From Trichoplax adhaerens (Eukaryota; Animalia; Placozoa), in NCBI RefSeq assembly GCF_000150275.1, contig NW_002060944.1, positions 7,764,735 to 7,828,734 on the forward strand: a stretch of DNA of 64,000 nt. The letters are read 5' to 3'. The notes beneath the pieces are model-generated. The model was not told the DNA's origin, did no database searches, and worked only from the letters and a program-made list of their open reading frames with translations. This document shows, piece by piece, positions 1-11,500 of this stretch (within the stretch, counting starts at the first letter, position 1; each line of letters opens with the position of its first letter). Both the position numbers and the translations under genes were made by a program.

Positions 1-2
1 AA

Positions 3-749
3 GAAAATGAAACTTATGGTGCCTGTGAGAAAAATTTAGCAAATATTAATGAGCAGCCATTAAAGAATGCAGCTTCGGTATCGTCCGACGAAGATATATC
101 AAGTGGCTCAGACGACGATCAAGCAATGGAGAAAGAGGTAAACAAAGATGCAATGGTTGAGCAACATAGGTCACTTAATACCGAGAGCACCCAACAGAAT
201 TCTTCCTCTCTTCCAAATAATGACCAAGTTATCACCTCGTTGACTTCTGAAGAGGGATACGAAGCTGACAAATCATCATCATGCAGTGATGAAGACGGTA
301 TTCATAAATCAGATGTACCTCACAACTGCCAAAGTAGTATGGTAAAAGAAAGTAACGACGTTTCTTCCGATGAAAACCATGAAGAAAGTGAAGACCAATC
401 TAAAACTACAGATGAAGAAATGACAACAGAGATAGTAGACTCCAATGATACTAGTAGTGATAAAGAATCCGCTGAATATTGTACTATGCAATTGGAAAAG
501 GTTAAATCTCTAGAAGATACCGTTCAAGAGTTAGCATTAAAAGTTGAAACATTTTACGGAAGCAAAAAGGATAAGGAATACCTCTATATTGATGAATCGC
601 TCACTCGAGTACTCTTAGAGTTAGATCAGGTTGAAACACGCGGAATACAGCAAATTAGAGATGCTCGTAAGTTAGTTGCAACCTTTGTGAACAATATTAT
701 TGACGAATTGGAATTTCGAGTTAATTCACATAAAAACGATTCGTCATAG
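3..749 (+). CDS. BAG-domain Hsp70 co-chaperone, 3' part (BAG3/BAG4-like C-terminal BAG domain); 5' end lies outside the window
   Basis: Frame is open from position 3 to TAG at 747-749. An acidic/Ser-rich linker precedes a BAG signature: LEKVKSLEDTVQELALKVETFYGSKKDKEYLYIDESLTRVLLELDQVETRGIQQIRDARKLVATFVNNIIDELE. Confidence 0.85.
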   Translation, partial: ENETYGACEKNLANINEQPLKNAASVSSDEDISSGSDDDQAMEKEVNKDAMVEQHRSLNTESTQQNSSSLPNNDQVITSLTSEEGYEADKSSSCSDEDGIHKSDVPHNCQSSMVKESNDVSSDENHEESEDQSKTTDEEMTTEIVDSNDTSSDKESAEYCTMQLEKVKSLEDTVQELALKVETFYGSKKDKEYLYIDESLTRVLLELDQVETRGIQQIRDARKLVATFVNNIIDELEFRVNSHKNDSS

Positions 750-3421
750 TCATAGATGATATTAAGATTCCATTTTGTGATAACTGTTTATAAGATTTTT
801 AATGTGTATATAATTAGTATCAAGGTATTGCTCTATTGTATGGTAATGGATGCATATGTTTGAAATGCGCTGTATATCTAAATTATATGTCAAATCATGC
901 AGCTAGGATCATTTTCGGCATCGTTCGAATTAAGAAATGTTAAATTATTATGATTATTCTATTTGTAATGTAATTAGATAAATATTTATTCATCGTCTTA
1001 CAATTGGTTATTATTAGATATGGTGTATGAAGATTACTCTTTCACCAATAAATATCATTATTATCCAAAAAATGGCCTATTAGCTTGCTAAAATAGAAAT
1101 TTATTAAGAGCCTGACTACCGTAGTAATCGATATCCGATAAATCAGACCTTTAGACTGGAATATGTTAACAACCTTAAATTTTTACTTACGCGTATGTTA
1201 TATACAGCAGGATTTCTTGCCAATTATGTTATCGTGCTCTTCCCCGTATGAAACAAGAATAGTTATGCTGTTTAAGTTAAAGGATAAATAATATCTACTA
1301 GTTAGCACCTTTACATTGGGAATTTTACTAGAACGAGACTAATATCTAGGAATTTGCTATCAGATCGATTTCAGAAGTTATTCAATTTATAGGTACCATC
1401 GTTTATTATATATTAAACGTTATTCTTACTGGAATAGCAAGAACTAGTTTAATAGATTTCAGAGTACTGTAGCTGAATATAATGCAGCAGTAAATTGTTA
1501 GAGGGTATGGCCACGGGCCTATGACTGCAGACTTGTAGTTTATGATAGGGTACTAGACTAGCCTAGTTTTATTATATAATTATTGCGGCACAGTAGAATG
1601 CTGCCATTTCAGATTTACCAACTGTGAATAGTTTACAATGCATTTTACCGTGTTGTGATAACGTAAGAAGTTTGAAGTACCTAGATGTTGGTGATTATCT
1701 TTTTTTAAGTTATTGTAATGAATGTTAAGACCTGAAAAATTAACTCCATGCAAAAGCTTCTAATAATTGGAATTGGAGATAATCAACCTTAGTTTATTAC
1801 AAGATTTGAATTCATTCATTCATTAATTAATTAATCGATCAACTTGAACACAAGTAACCACAACTAAATCATAGTTAACTATAACAGTCAAAAATAAGGG
1901 TATTAGAATGAGCCACTGCTAACCGTAGCTATGATATTGCAATATATAATGTCCAGATTGGCAATGGCTTGTACCCGCCAAGTTACAACTTCAATTGAAT
2001 ATAAATGAATTTTATTTCACTGATATTTTCTTAATTTATTGATAAAACATTCTTCCACAGGAGTGATCATTATAATAATGTTGATACAGTTGGAAGATGT
2101 ATCCACATGTCTTAAAAGATCAATATTTCTTAAAATGGACTCTAACAATGGAATATATGGAATAAAGTTTTCTAAAGTACAAAAGGGCCTATTCTGAGCA
2201 ACAGTTTTCAATCGTTGCCGCTATCTAAATCCTATAATCGATAATGTTACAATATGGTCTACAGATAATAACGGCACGATAGCCCTATACGGCATATGCT
2301 TGAAGAAAAGAAAAACAAATATTGTCTAATGATGTTTTGGTGTTTCAAAAAAATTTGACTTCACCGTTTAGATAAATTTATGCAATTCTAACAAGTTTTG
2401 CTCGTCAACACGGAGTTAGTAAATTTCTATCAAGAACGCGATAAATTGTGACGGTGCGTAGAATAGGCACCATAAATCATGAACCGATATCGTACTTTGA
2501 TTCGCGTGCAAATGCGAATGTTGGATAGTAACTATCCATTTCTATAGTGATATTTACAGCATCGGTAGCTACTTTAAGCCAGCCATAAGTAGTCATCAAG
2601 TGCTTCTATTGTTTGCACGTTGAAATGGTGGCGTGATAGCTATATCGATGTCATCACTTTAAGATCAATTCGAGATAGAAATTGTCATTCATAACCACCA
2701 ACTCACAATCGGTAGCATAAGTAACCTGGATCCAGCCGGAGATCTTTGGTGGAAGTACTGTTCGTCAATGCGGATAGAAAGTTGCATTATCGTATTCACC
2801 AATCAATCGAAATGACAAGCATCAGCAAAACCCTACTGGGCTAATAAAGTAGTGAGCTAGGTTGTGTTGGAAAATGAAAATTTTACTTGTATTTCTAGTC
2901 TTTTGACATTTCTGGATACAAAATGTGGACCTTGTGTTATTATGTCTACGCAAGAGCAAACTGAAAGTGTCTAGGGTATCAGCTATAATATAATTATATC
3001 CTATGCTTTATTACTGCGAAATATTTTGTCTGTCAAGTGTAATGTAATCGCAGCACTTAAGGTATAATAATTAATAACGTACTTGATAGCAGATGCGTTC
3101 ATTTGAATCTATTTACAGTGTGAAACGTTATTAACGTCGTCAAGGTTCAATTTTTTGATATTCCACATTGATGTGGCAATGTATCTTCATGTTGTACCAC
3201 ATAGGAGAACTTTATTATGTCGTGCTATCGATGATATTGCAATAGGTTTAGCCATGATTGACGAGAAATGGCGACTCATGATCATTATATAATTCATTAT
3301 AAAGAACGTCCAATATATTATTACTGTATATTATATTATGATTTGGATATCGTAATTCATAAAGTATAAAAGGTATAAGTTATAGGCACTAGCTGTGCCA
3401 GCTTTGATGAAGATTGAACTT

Positions 3422-4141
3422 CTATAACCCAACCATGTAATCTGGGCTACCGTCGGCAACACTTTTAAAAAAGCGTGATCGAATTTCAGCATTGACACGT
3501 GAAGCTTTCCGTTCTGCATTTATCACTGGTTCCTTGTCCATTCGTCCTATCCAAGCCCATGTATTGGAGAAGCTACCACGAGGCAATTCAAAGGTTAGGG
3601 TGAATGCCCGTTTTAGTGCTGGTATTAACTCCAGCCATGACCACACCATAAAATCGATATAATTGGGCTCATTGCCACCAAAGTATGGACTACCTTGTTT
3701 TTGAAGTCGATTCTCGACACGTAGTAGCTGATCTAATAAACGTTTAGCTTCAATTCCTTCCATCATTGCTCGTATCACAGGAGGCAAATTGGTATAAATC
3801 TCATGTAAGAATATTCTATCCATTGCTCTAGTAGCTGGATCAGATGATCGAAGTGGTTTATCCGTAAATGTATCTTCAAGATATTCATAAATGATGATTG
3901 TTTCATAGACAACGGTATCACCATGCTCTAAAACTGGAATTTGGCCATTAGGATTTAATTGTTGTAGAAAATCGGGACGATCAGACATTTTGATGGAGTA
4001 GAAATCGAAATCTAAACCTTTGCGTCTCATAATTAAGCGTAAAGCCATTGAATACGGATCAAATCTCATGCCATAAAGTTTTAAATCTTTGGTAGATGAA
4101 GGTTTGCTATCGCCTTTCTGTAATTGGATCACTTTCGCCAT
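3422..4141 (-). CDS. Omega-class glutathione S-transferase-like protein, single coding exon, active-site Cys replaced by Asp
   Basis: ATG at 4141 in Kozak context (accATGG). Omega hallmarks: N-terminal LQKGDSKP, LYGMRFDPYS (GSTO1 has IYSMRFCPFA), NPNGQIPVLE cis-Pro loop, YET, PYFGGNEPNYIDFMVWSWLE, C-terminal DYMVGL. Confidence 0.9.
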   Translation of the reverse strand: MAKVIQLQKGDSKPSSTKDLKLYGMRFDPYSMALRLIMRRKGLDFDFYSIKMSDRPDFLQQLNPNGQIPVLEHGDTVVYETIIIYEYLEDTFTDKPLRSSDPATRAMDRIFLHEIYTNLPPVIRAMMEGIEAKRLLDQLLRVENRLQKQGSPYFGGNEPNYIDFMVWSWLELIPALKRAFTLTFELPRGSFSNTWAWIGRMDKEPVINAERKASRVNAEIRSRFFKSVADGSPDYMVGL

Positions 4142-4661
4142 GGTCGCCAATTTGGAAATAAACACTGCACTCTAGAGGTACCGAAAGAAATTGGTATTTG
4201 CGTGATCCAATAGAAAACAATGTGTCAGTACCAGTATACAGTAGGAATCTTTTACTACCAGTAAAGCCCTTTAGCCACTTGAAAAATTGGATGATTTAAA
4301 TGGAAAGGCTAGTTGAGTCAAAGATGGTTAATTGACGATCACCTGCTTCTTGTTGGCTAATTCAATGAATAAATAAACTACTGCCCTCGTTGCAAAGCCA
4401 TTAGTCTCGATGTGCTGTATACTCCTAATTATATACTGTACTGGATATTGACTGCAGTCGAGTGCTTTCTACCAGTTATGATTTTTGCTTACGTCTGGCT
4501 GACAAGTGATTTTCAATCAAAGCGGACTAACCTACTTGATGCAGTAGCAACGAGCAAGACGCCACTGATAGTCATCGTGTCCATCCAGTAGTACAATCTC
4601 ATACAGTACGGTAGATGTGTGATTGATCCATGTGTTTTCCTACAAGAATGCTGCATCAGCA

Positions 4662-4715
4662 TCACGTGAGAATTATATAAGCATGAATAATTGGGAGAAC
4701 TAGTCACGTGACTAG
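4662..4715. promoter_or_regulatory. Two E-boxes, one a perfect CLEAR-type GTCACGTGAC inside a 16-bp palindrome
   Basis: TCACGTGA at 4662-4669 and CTAGTCACGTGACTAG at 4700-4715, about 520-570 bp upstream of the GST start. Function is inferred. Confidence 0.4.
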
Positions 4716-6473
4716 ACGCCAGTAGCGACCCTCGATGATAAATGGTCTCTCTAGTGTAGACGATAGTGCAGCAAGGAAAATCGAATCGGCGCCATAGACT
4801 GGCTCGATTGTCAACTTGCGAATTCATAAATGAGTTGTATTGAATTCAGAGCGAAGGGGCAGCACTAATGAAGTCTTCAAGTTGTTCAGTTTAGTAAAAG
4901 CCTAAAAATATCACGGGTTCGAGAACGTTCGATCACTTCGTTGTTAGTCCCAGCTGCTAACCCTAACCCCAGCTATACCTACTGTATGCCAAATGCAGTA
5001 CACTATATACTGTACTGTATGTAATTGTCAGCAGTATAACTAGAGTTCGTCCGATGATCAAGTATTGCCAGTAAGTCTAGAAACGAATATCAATCGGTGA
5101 GATAAATTAAAGCAAGTAGAGTACTGTATAGTAGTATTATCGCTGTTGAATTAATTAACAAGTCGAGAATTGAATGACAGGTCCCCACAATCCCCTTTCA
5201 ACCATGGCAATAGTATCATGACCGCTAATACTCAATTTTTAGAAGAATTGGATGCTCTAATGCCTGATATTACTGAAGATGTCCCGTTAATTTCGACGTA
5301 GAATTGTTTATTTATTTTTCATTTGTACAATATAGTAGGATCGTTCATGCAGGCATATTACACAAGTACTATGTTAATCATCTATCTCGGATTCATCGTG
5401 CTGTCCTGCCGTCCATACAGTAACACGTACAATGTACAGTACTGTACATTCCGAACTACTGTCAAAACTGTGCATTGTACTGTAGACTGTTTGCTTAATA
5501 GACTGTAGAAAAAGACAATACTGTACAGTGTATATCCTTGCTGCAAAATACCAATGCAGTTTTACAACGTACTGCGCTACAGTAAGCCAAGTCTCAGTAG
5601 TTTTACAACTTGAATCTAGTATCTTACTAGAAAATATACCAATTTGGGGGTGAATATCAATCAATACTAGTCATATACTAAGTGGTAAAAGTTAAAAGAG
5701 CTATCACACTTCAGTAGTGCCAAGGTAGTACTGTAATTTTCGATTATTCTCTAGTCAAGAAGCAGGATAAAAGGGGATCGGATGGACAACTTATGGGTGT
5801 TATTAATCCTCTAATTGGATAACAGCAACACTACGCATAATGAACATCCAATTTCCCTGCATATATACCTATCATGAACATGTAAAACATTTTACAGGTC
5901 CAGACGCCAACTGTACTAATTATCAATTAGAATTGGTTTATCGATGATCGAAAAATACTAGTTTGTCTCAACCGAATTCAATAACACCCAAGATATGATC
6001 TGGATGCGTTCCAAGTGATACAATGTACCGTAATACTTTTACTAGTGATACAGTGTCATAAGAATTACTGTACTATAGACTGTTATTGTCGATACTTGAA
6101 GAACCAGTATTCAAAGTTTCAGTGTCAAAGTGATTTTGGAAGTAAATAGCCCACTTAGCAGCTTCTACCAAATTTCAGGACAGATACAGTAGAATGTTTT
6201 TTATTGTATAAGCATAAGAAAAGCGCACAAGGACAATCTTTTAACGCTATATTGTAAGATCTTAAATGATCACAGATAAAAAGTATCCTAGCAAAATTAT
6301 CTGCAATTACTCACGATCATCATTCAGTGCGATGCACAATTACAGCTAAATGTAAACTGTTTTCTTGTGATATAGAAACTTGCGTCTATGCTAATACTGT
6401 ATACCTGATAATAAATTACAGTACAGTATACTCCATGTTGACGAGATTTTATTCATTGAATCTGTCATCTTCT

Positions 6474-8146
6474 TTAGAATTCTGGGCGTTCAGACTGTCT
6501 GTCAGTGTTTGCTTTCACAAATTCTTTCCTATCAACCACCACAAACTAGAGTTTGCGAATAATGCATCAGAGAATAATAGTCAATAGACACGCCAGATTC
6601 ATGTCGATCAATACAGAACAAGAGCAAATTATTGGCATAGGATAGAAATGACAGAAGATATATTAGCGAAGGTTATAGAATAAACGCAAATTCTCGTATT
6701 ACTCATTTTAGCAAATAAATACGCAGTCATGTTGCCATAAGATATCGTAGGTAGACACTATAGCAAGTTAGCATTCTTACCTTTGTATTTTCATTGGGAC
6801 CGACCTCTAGCCAAGGATAGGGATTCTTCTTACGATTCCAGCTAGAAATATGTTTCAAGAATAAATCGCAATTAATATCAATTTATAAAATTTGAAAAAT
6901 TCAACCAATGATTTAAAGAAGCTTTTCATAATAGATTGGCAAGTAGCAACACACCATACGTACTAGCTGTTGGTGAAATCATACCAATATTGTATATACA
7001 AAAGCTGTACAGTACCGTATTGCATCAATTTAACAAATCAGCAATTACTATAAATTCCATTTCAACCAGTTATTCAACTAAGATAAACGTCTGTAAATAT
7101 GGTATAGTATAATTACCGTTAAGAAATAGACGAAGGTAGTGTACATTATATAAAGATGCGATAGGAGCAAGGCATCAATAATTCATTGAAATCTTTTATA
7201 GTGATTTGTAAGCAATCGACTTGACATTATCCATTCTACTTACACAACATCGGTTGTATGAGTGGCAAGTCTGAAAGTGTAATAGCCAGCACCGGCGACG
7301 CCAATTCCGATGATTACAAACAGTGGGATTAACTGTTTTAAACAATTTCAAAAAAGAATCAGTTAATGGAGGCGGTTTCATTGAATTAGATTACGTCCAG
7401 TGTCAAAATTGATCGAGTGGAAATAAGAAATTATTGGATTCCTTGCTAAAACCGGTACATGTTTGTTTTACGTTTCAAATGCTTCGCACCCATTAAAACG
7501 ATTCACCTAATTTACCTACACATCCTATATCTGAAATGCTGTATAATCTATTGCATTTATTATATTGATCGCTACATATTAACTGATTCAATTGATTTAC
7601 TTGACGAATACTGCTAATTCCTTACATTGGTTACATTGGATTTTTTTTGGAGGGGTGGCTATACAGGGTGCATGCGTGCGTACGTGCGTGTGTCTATACT
7701 GTGACTGTATCTGGATGGTGGATTATCATGTCCCAGTGGGTGTTTTTAAAAGATCTGTAGCTACAAATTTTTCGAAAAATGCACGAGTATATAAAATAGA
7801 GTGGAAAAATTGGACTACAGTGTAGGAAATGATTCAAAGGTGTTGGTTTTATGTTACTTCTTCAAGTAATACTAGACATTGCTACCTACTGCCAGCGCAT
7901 GACTGCAAAGTGATGCCTTTTCCGATCGGTTACGATGAAAAAAACACACAGTCCAGTACAGTATCAACAGAAGATGGGCATTGTCCGGAAAGTGCAATGT
8001 GATTTTCCACAGTTTTTTATGACTATGTTACATCTTTCACTTGACATTAAACTATCTACTCTTGATGGAGTTTGATGATTAAAATAGACATTACTTACTC
8101 CTGGATGTTTAGCACCAACGTGACGTATGTTTAAAAGAGAGACCAT
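6474..8146 (-). CDS. NDUFA4: NDUFA4/COXFA4 cytochrome c oxidase subunit, 89 aa, 4 exons
   Basis: Exons 8146-8099, 7332-7244, 6841-6781, 6545-6474 with GT-AG sites give MVSLLNIRHVGAKHPG-LIPLFVIIGIGVAGAGYYTFRLATHTTDVV-WNRKKNPYPWLEVGPNENTK-FVVVDRKEFVKANTDRQSERPEF*. This matches NDUFA4 motifs KHPSLIPLF, WDRNNPEPW and ERPDF. Confidence 0.92.
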
Positions 8147-8594
8147 CTTGAAAAGGAGAGGAAATTAGTCAATATGGCGGTCAACAGCGGCGTTAATGCG
8201 TTCCAACAGCAGTAGAGTACAAGTATGTTGCAGCGTTGGGGAGTCACCAATTGTTATAAGCGTCAACCGGTCAACGTATCATCCGTGGTGGCTTCATACT
8301 GCAAGACTGCCGATCCAGGGCTACAGTACTGTACACTACAGTACAGTACACGGTAGCACAGTATAGTACTGTAGGTAGAGATCCTAGAATATTTTGGGAG
8401 CCAAGTTTTATAACGCGAGTGCGCAGTACAGGACAGTATAGTACGGTACTGTACTGTATTGATTTCTACTCTACGATACTGTACCGTATCTGAACTGTTG
8501 ACAAAATCGTGGGACAGCATCGTTCAGACAGACATTTTCTATTTTCAACAGCCTCAAAATAACAGCATTGCTTTCAACCATACTGCCAATCAAA
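8147..8594. promoter_or_regulatory. Putative bidirectional promoter NDUFA4/RUNDC3 containing a TACWGTA array
   Basis: Start codons are head-to-head and about 450 bp apart. Dense TACAGTA/TACTGTA cluster at about 8320-8490; YY1-like CAATATGGCGG at 8170-8180. Confidence 0.65.
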
Positions 8595-11500
8595 ATGTCT
8601 ACATCGGCTAAAAGGGTCTATTACTATAAAGTCGGATATGAAACAAGGAAGAAAAACGTTGTGGAATTATGCAAGTAAGTCAGTAACAGTACGTGGAAGT
8701 AAAAAGATACATGGATCGTACTGTATACGACGCTAACTTCATTAGCACCATGACATCACTATCTCCTACAGTATCCACTTTTCATCGACGTTAGATAAAA
8801 TAGATAACGTCTATCATGATGGATCGATTCACCAACATTGGATCAATTATTTCCAATCTTGGAGATGGAAAGGGTAATGGATTCCTATTTAAACTATAAA
8901 CGAGCTATAAATTTATGCAAGAGTACGTCGTAGCGATCCACCAATGGTGAGCGTGATTGGCGTTAACTTCATTAACATCCAACCCTATCAATTGACATCA
9001 CTGCGTCGTGTATCATCAACATGGAGAGACTAATGAAGTCAATCCAATTGAATAGATATCATATCACCAATGGCTAATTATTTTCACCCTTCGTAATGGA
9101 AGAGCAATTAATTCATTAACAGATACTATTGTATAGGATAGCCCAGAGATGGAATAACATGTCGTAGTTTCAACATTGCTAGATTTCGTCATTCGCGTGG
9201 TATTCTCCTACATTAATGACACCTTCAGAACAGCAATTCAATAAAAGCGCCATCATAATGACTGGATAGATCTATCACGATTTTGCACCCCAATTATTTC
9301 TAGACTCAACAGTTGAAAAAAAAAACTACGCGTTTATTATCAATTCGATAGAAAATACATGTCGTAGTTTCAACATAGCTAGATTTCGTCATTCGCGTGG
9401 TATTCTCCTACATCAATAACACCTTCAGAACAGCAATTCAATAAAAGCGCCATCATAATGACTGGATAGATCTGTCACGATTTTGCACCCAATTATTTCT
9501 AGACTCAACAATTGAAAAAAAAACAAACTACGCGTATATTATCAATTCGATAGAAAATACATCACCAAAGAATGCAATAGGATACATTACTTTCAGTCAA
9601 TAACTTAGTCCTAATAACAATAATCAATATATTGTATATAATCAGATCAAGATATCAGTCTTCTGTCTTGTAAGTAGCTAAATAAGCCCAGATAGGATAG
9701 CAAGTGTTTTCATCTAGTCCAAAGTAGTTCTTTCCAATTTGCTTCATAGTTTGTTTTTTGGAACCATTTACTCCTAAGGAAGGGATAATAACATTGCTGT
9801 AGAATGATAATCAATACTTCTCGCACTCTGTTGCTCTTTGTCAAGATGGATAAATGACGGTGTAACTTTCCTAGAAGTAGATATAAGTGACTAAAATAGT
9901 ATATTCTTCACCAACGGTTGTTGTTATTCACAGATTAGGAGTTAAAAGCATCCTCAGTAAAGCAGCCCTTGGATCAATTGATGATAGTAGCACAGAATTA
10001 CAAAATTTTTGTGTCGCAGTGGAACAGATGTTAACACTAGGACTAAAAGGTAATCAAAATGCTGTTATTAATGATCAATCACATAATGGGCAAGTGACAA
10101 CAGCTCCGCAATTAATTTTAGATTACAATCAAATAAACTGTGACTATGATACGGTTATATGCGCTTTGATTTTATACATGCATCATGACAGCGTAATTGC
10201 GGTACTTGTGAAGAAATGAAGGACTCAAATTGAAGTAGATGATAATAAGCGTGCACAATGTCCTTATTAAAATAGTCTTACATATCTTAACAATTGTCAA
10301 GTATCACAGGCAAATTTTAAATTTCCCTTTATTCTGTACACCGGGCCAATGACAAAGATTGTAAAATTATTAACAATGCTACTGCTTCTTTTATAGGTGT
10401 TAAACCTTGGGCAATGCACGATACCAGCATTACATTTTGGAATTATATAAGAGATGCATGTAAGGGAATACCGCAAAATTGTATTGCTAGTATCTCACAA
10501 ATGTCCAATCCAAAAACACCGAAAGGAAAGGTAATTCGTAAACACAAAAAATGATCAACTATAATCTATTGATTATTGATGATTTTCATTAAAAAAACGT
10601 AAATTTCAATTATTGATTGTACGATCAGGTTCATTAATAAATAAGGATTCATTATACACTCAACAGATTATACGGTAGCAATAGCGTGTATTATTAGTAA
10701 AGAATGACCAGCCACTTTTCTGCCAGTAATTTATCGAAATAGCAGATGTATCGATTTACTTTGAAGACTTTATACTGCATACTAGTCAGCTATCACTTTG
10801 AAAGGCGATGAAATGAGATACCATACGACAAGATGGACTAGTAGCTTTAGTACTTCAATTCTTCGTATGTAGTATATTATAACTTATACTATTTTGGTAA
10901 TTTGTTAATAACGATGACGCTAATTTTTTCTTAGGTAAGGGCTTGGATTAGAATGGCACTGATGGAGAAAAGATTATCAGAATACTTAGCAACAGCTGTA
11001 CAAAATAATTATCTAACGAGGTAAAACTAGCGAAATGTATAAACTTTTTGATTACATACTCTTACATTAATTAAAACCCATAAAAATATTCGTAATGGCT
11101 ACCTTATGTAATCTCGTATAATATACGTACTGTATAATTAATAACTTGTTTCTACAAGATTTACAACATTTCGATGCAACCTAATACTTCGTAAATAATT
11201 TTTCTTGATTATAAAATCTGCTTAACCTGTTTTTAAGATATTTACACTTTATCAGTGTGCTCGCATGAATCTAACGTAACCATTGATGCACTCCTAAATT
11301 CTTGCCAATCCGTATATTTTATAAAATAACAGGTTACACTACCACGATGATGCAATAATACTAACTGAAGATGGTACCGTACTTATTGGCTATTTTAACT
11401 CATTGAAAACTGTTGATTTTACGTAAGCTTTCTTTCTTACTACTTTATGATCTTAGCTATAAAGTGGCATACTGAAAGTATTACTCGTCGGTAGTGATTA

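Noticed and set aside
2063-2329. Plus-strand frame after a good acceptor, with a single in-frame TGA at 2195 (selenoprotein or pseudo-exon?)
   Set aside because: No recognisable homology, no redox motif and no convincing SECIS downstream; compatible with chance.
3422-4165. GST as a bacterial SspA transfer (D-x-Y-S motif, no introns)
   Set aside because: The N-terminal KGDSKP extension, MRF motif, WxWxE and DYxxGL C-terminus are omega-class animal features.
4957-4969. CTAACCCTAACCC telomere-like sequence
   Set aside because: Only two units; too short to call an interstitial telomere.
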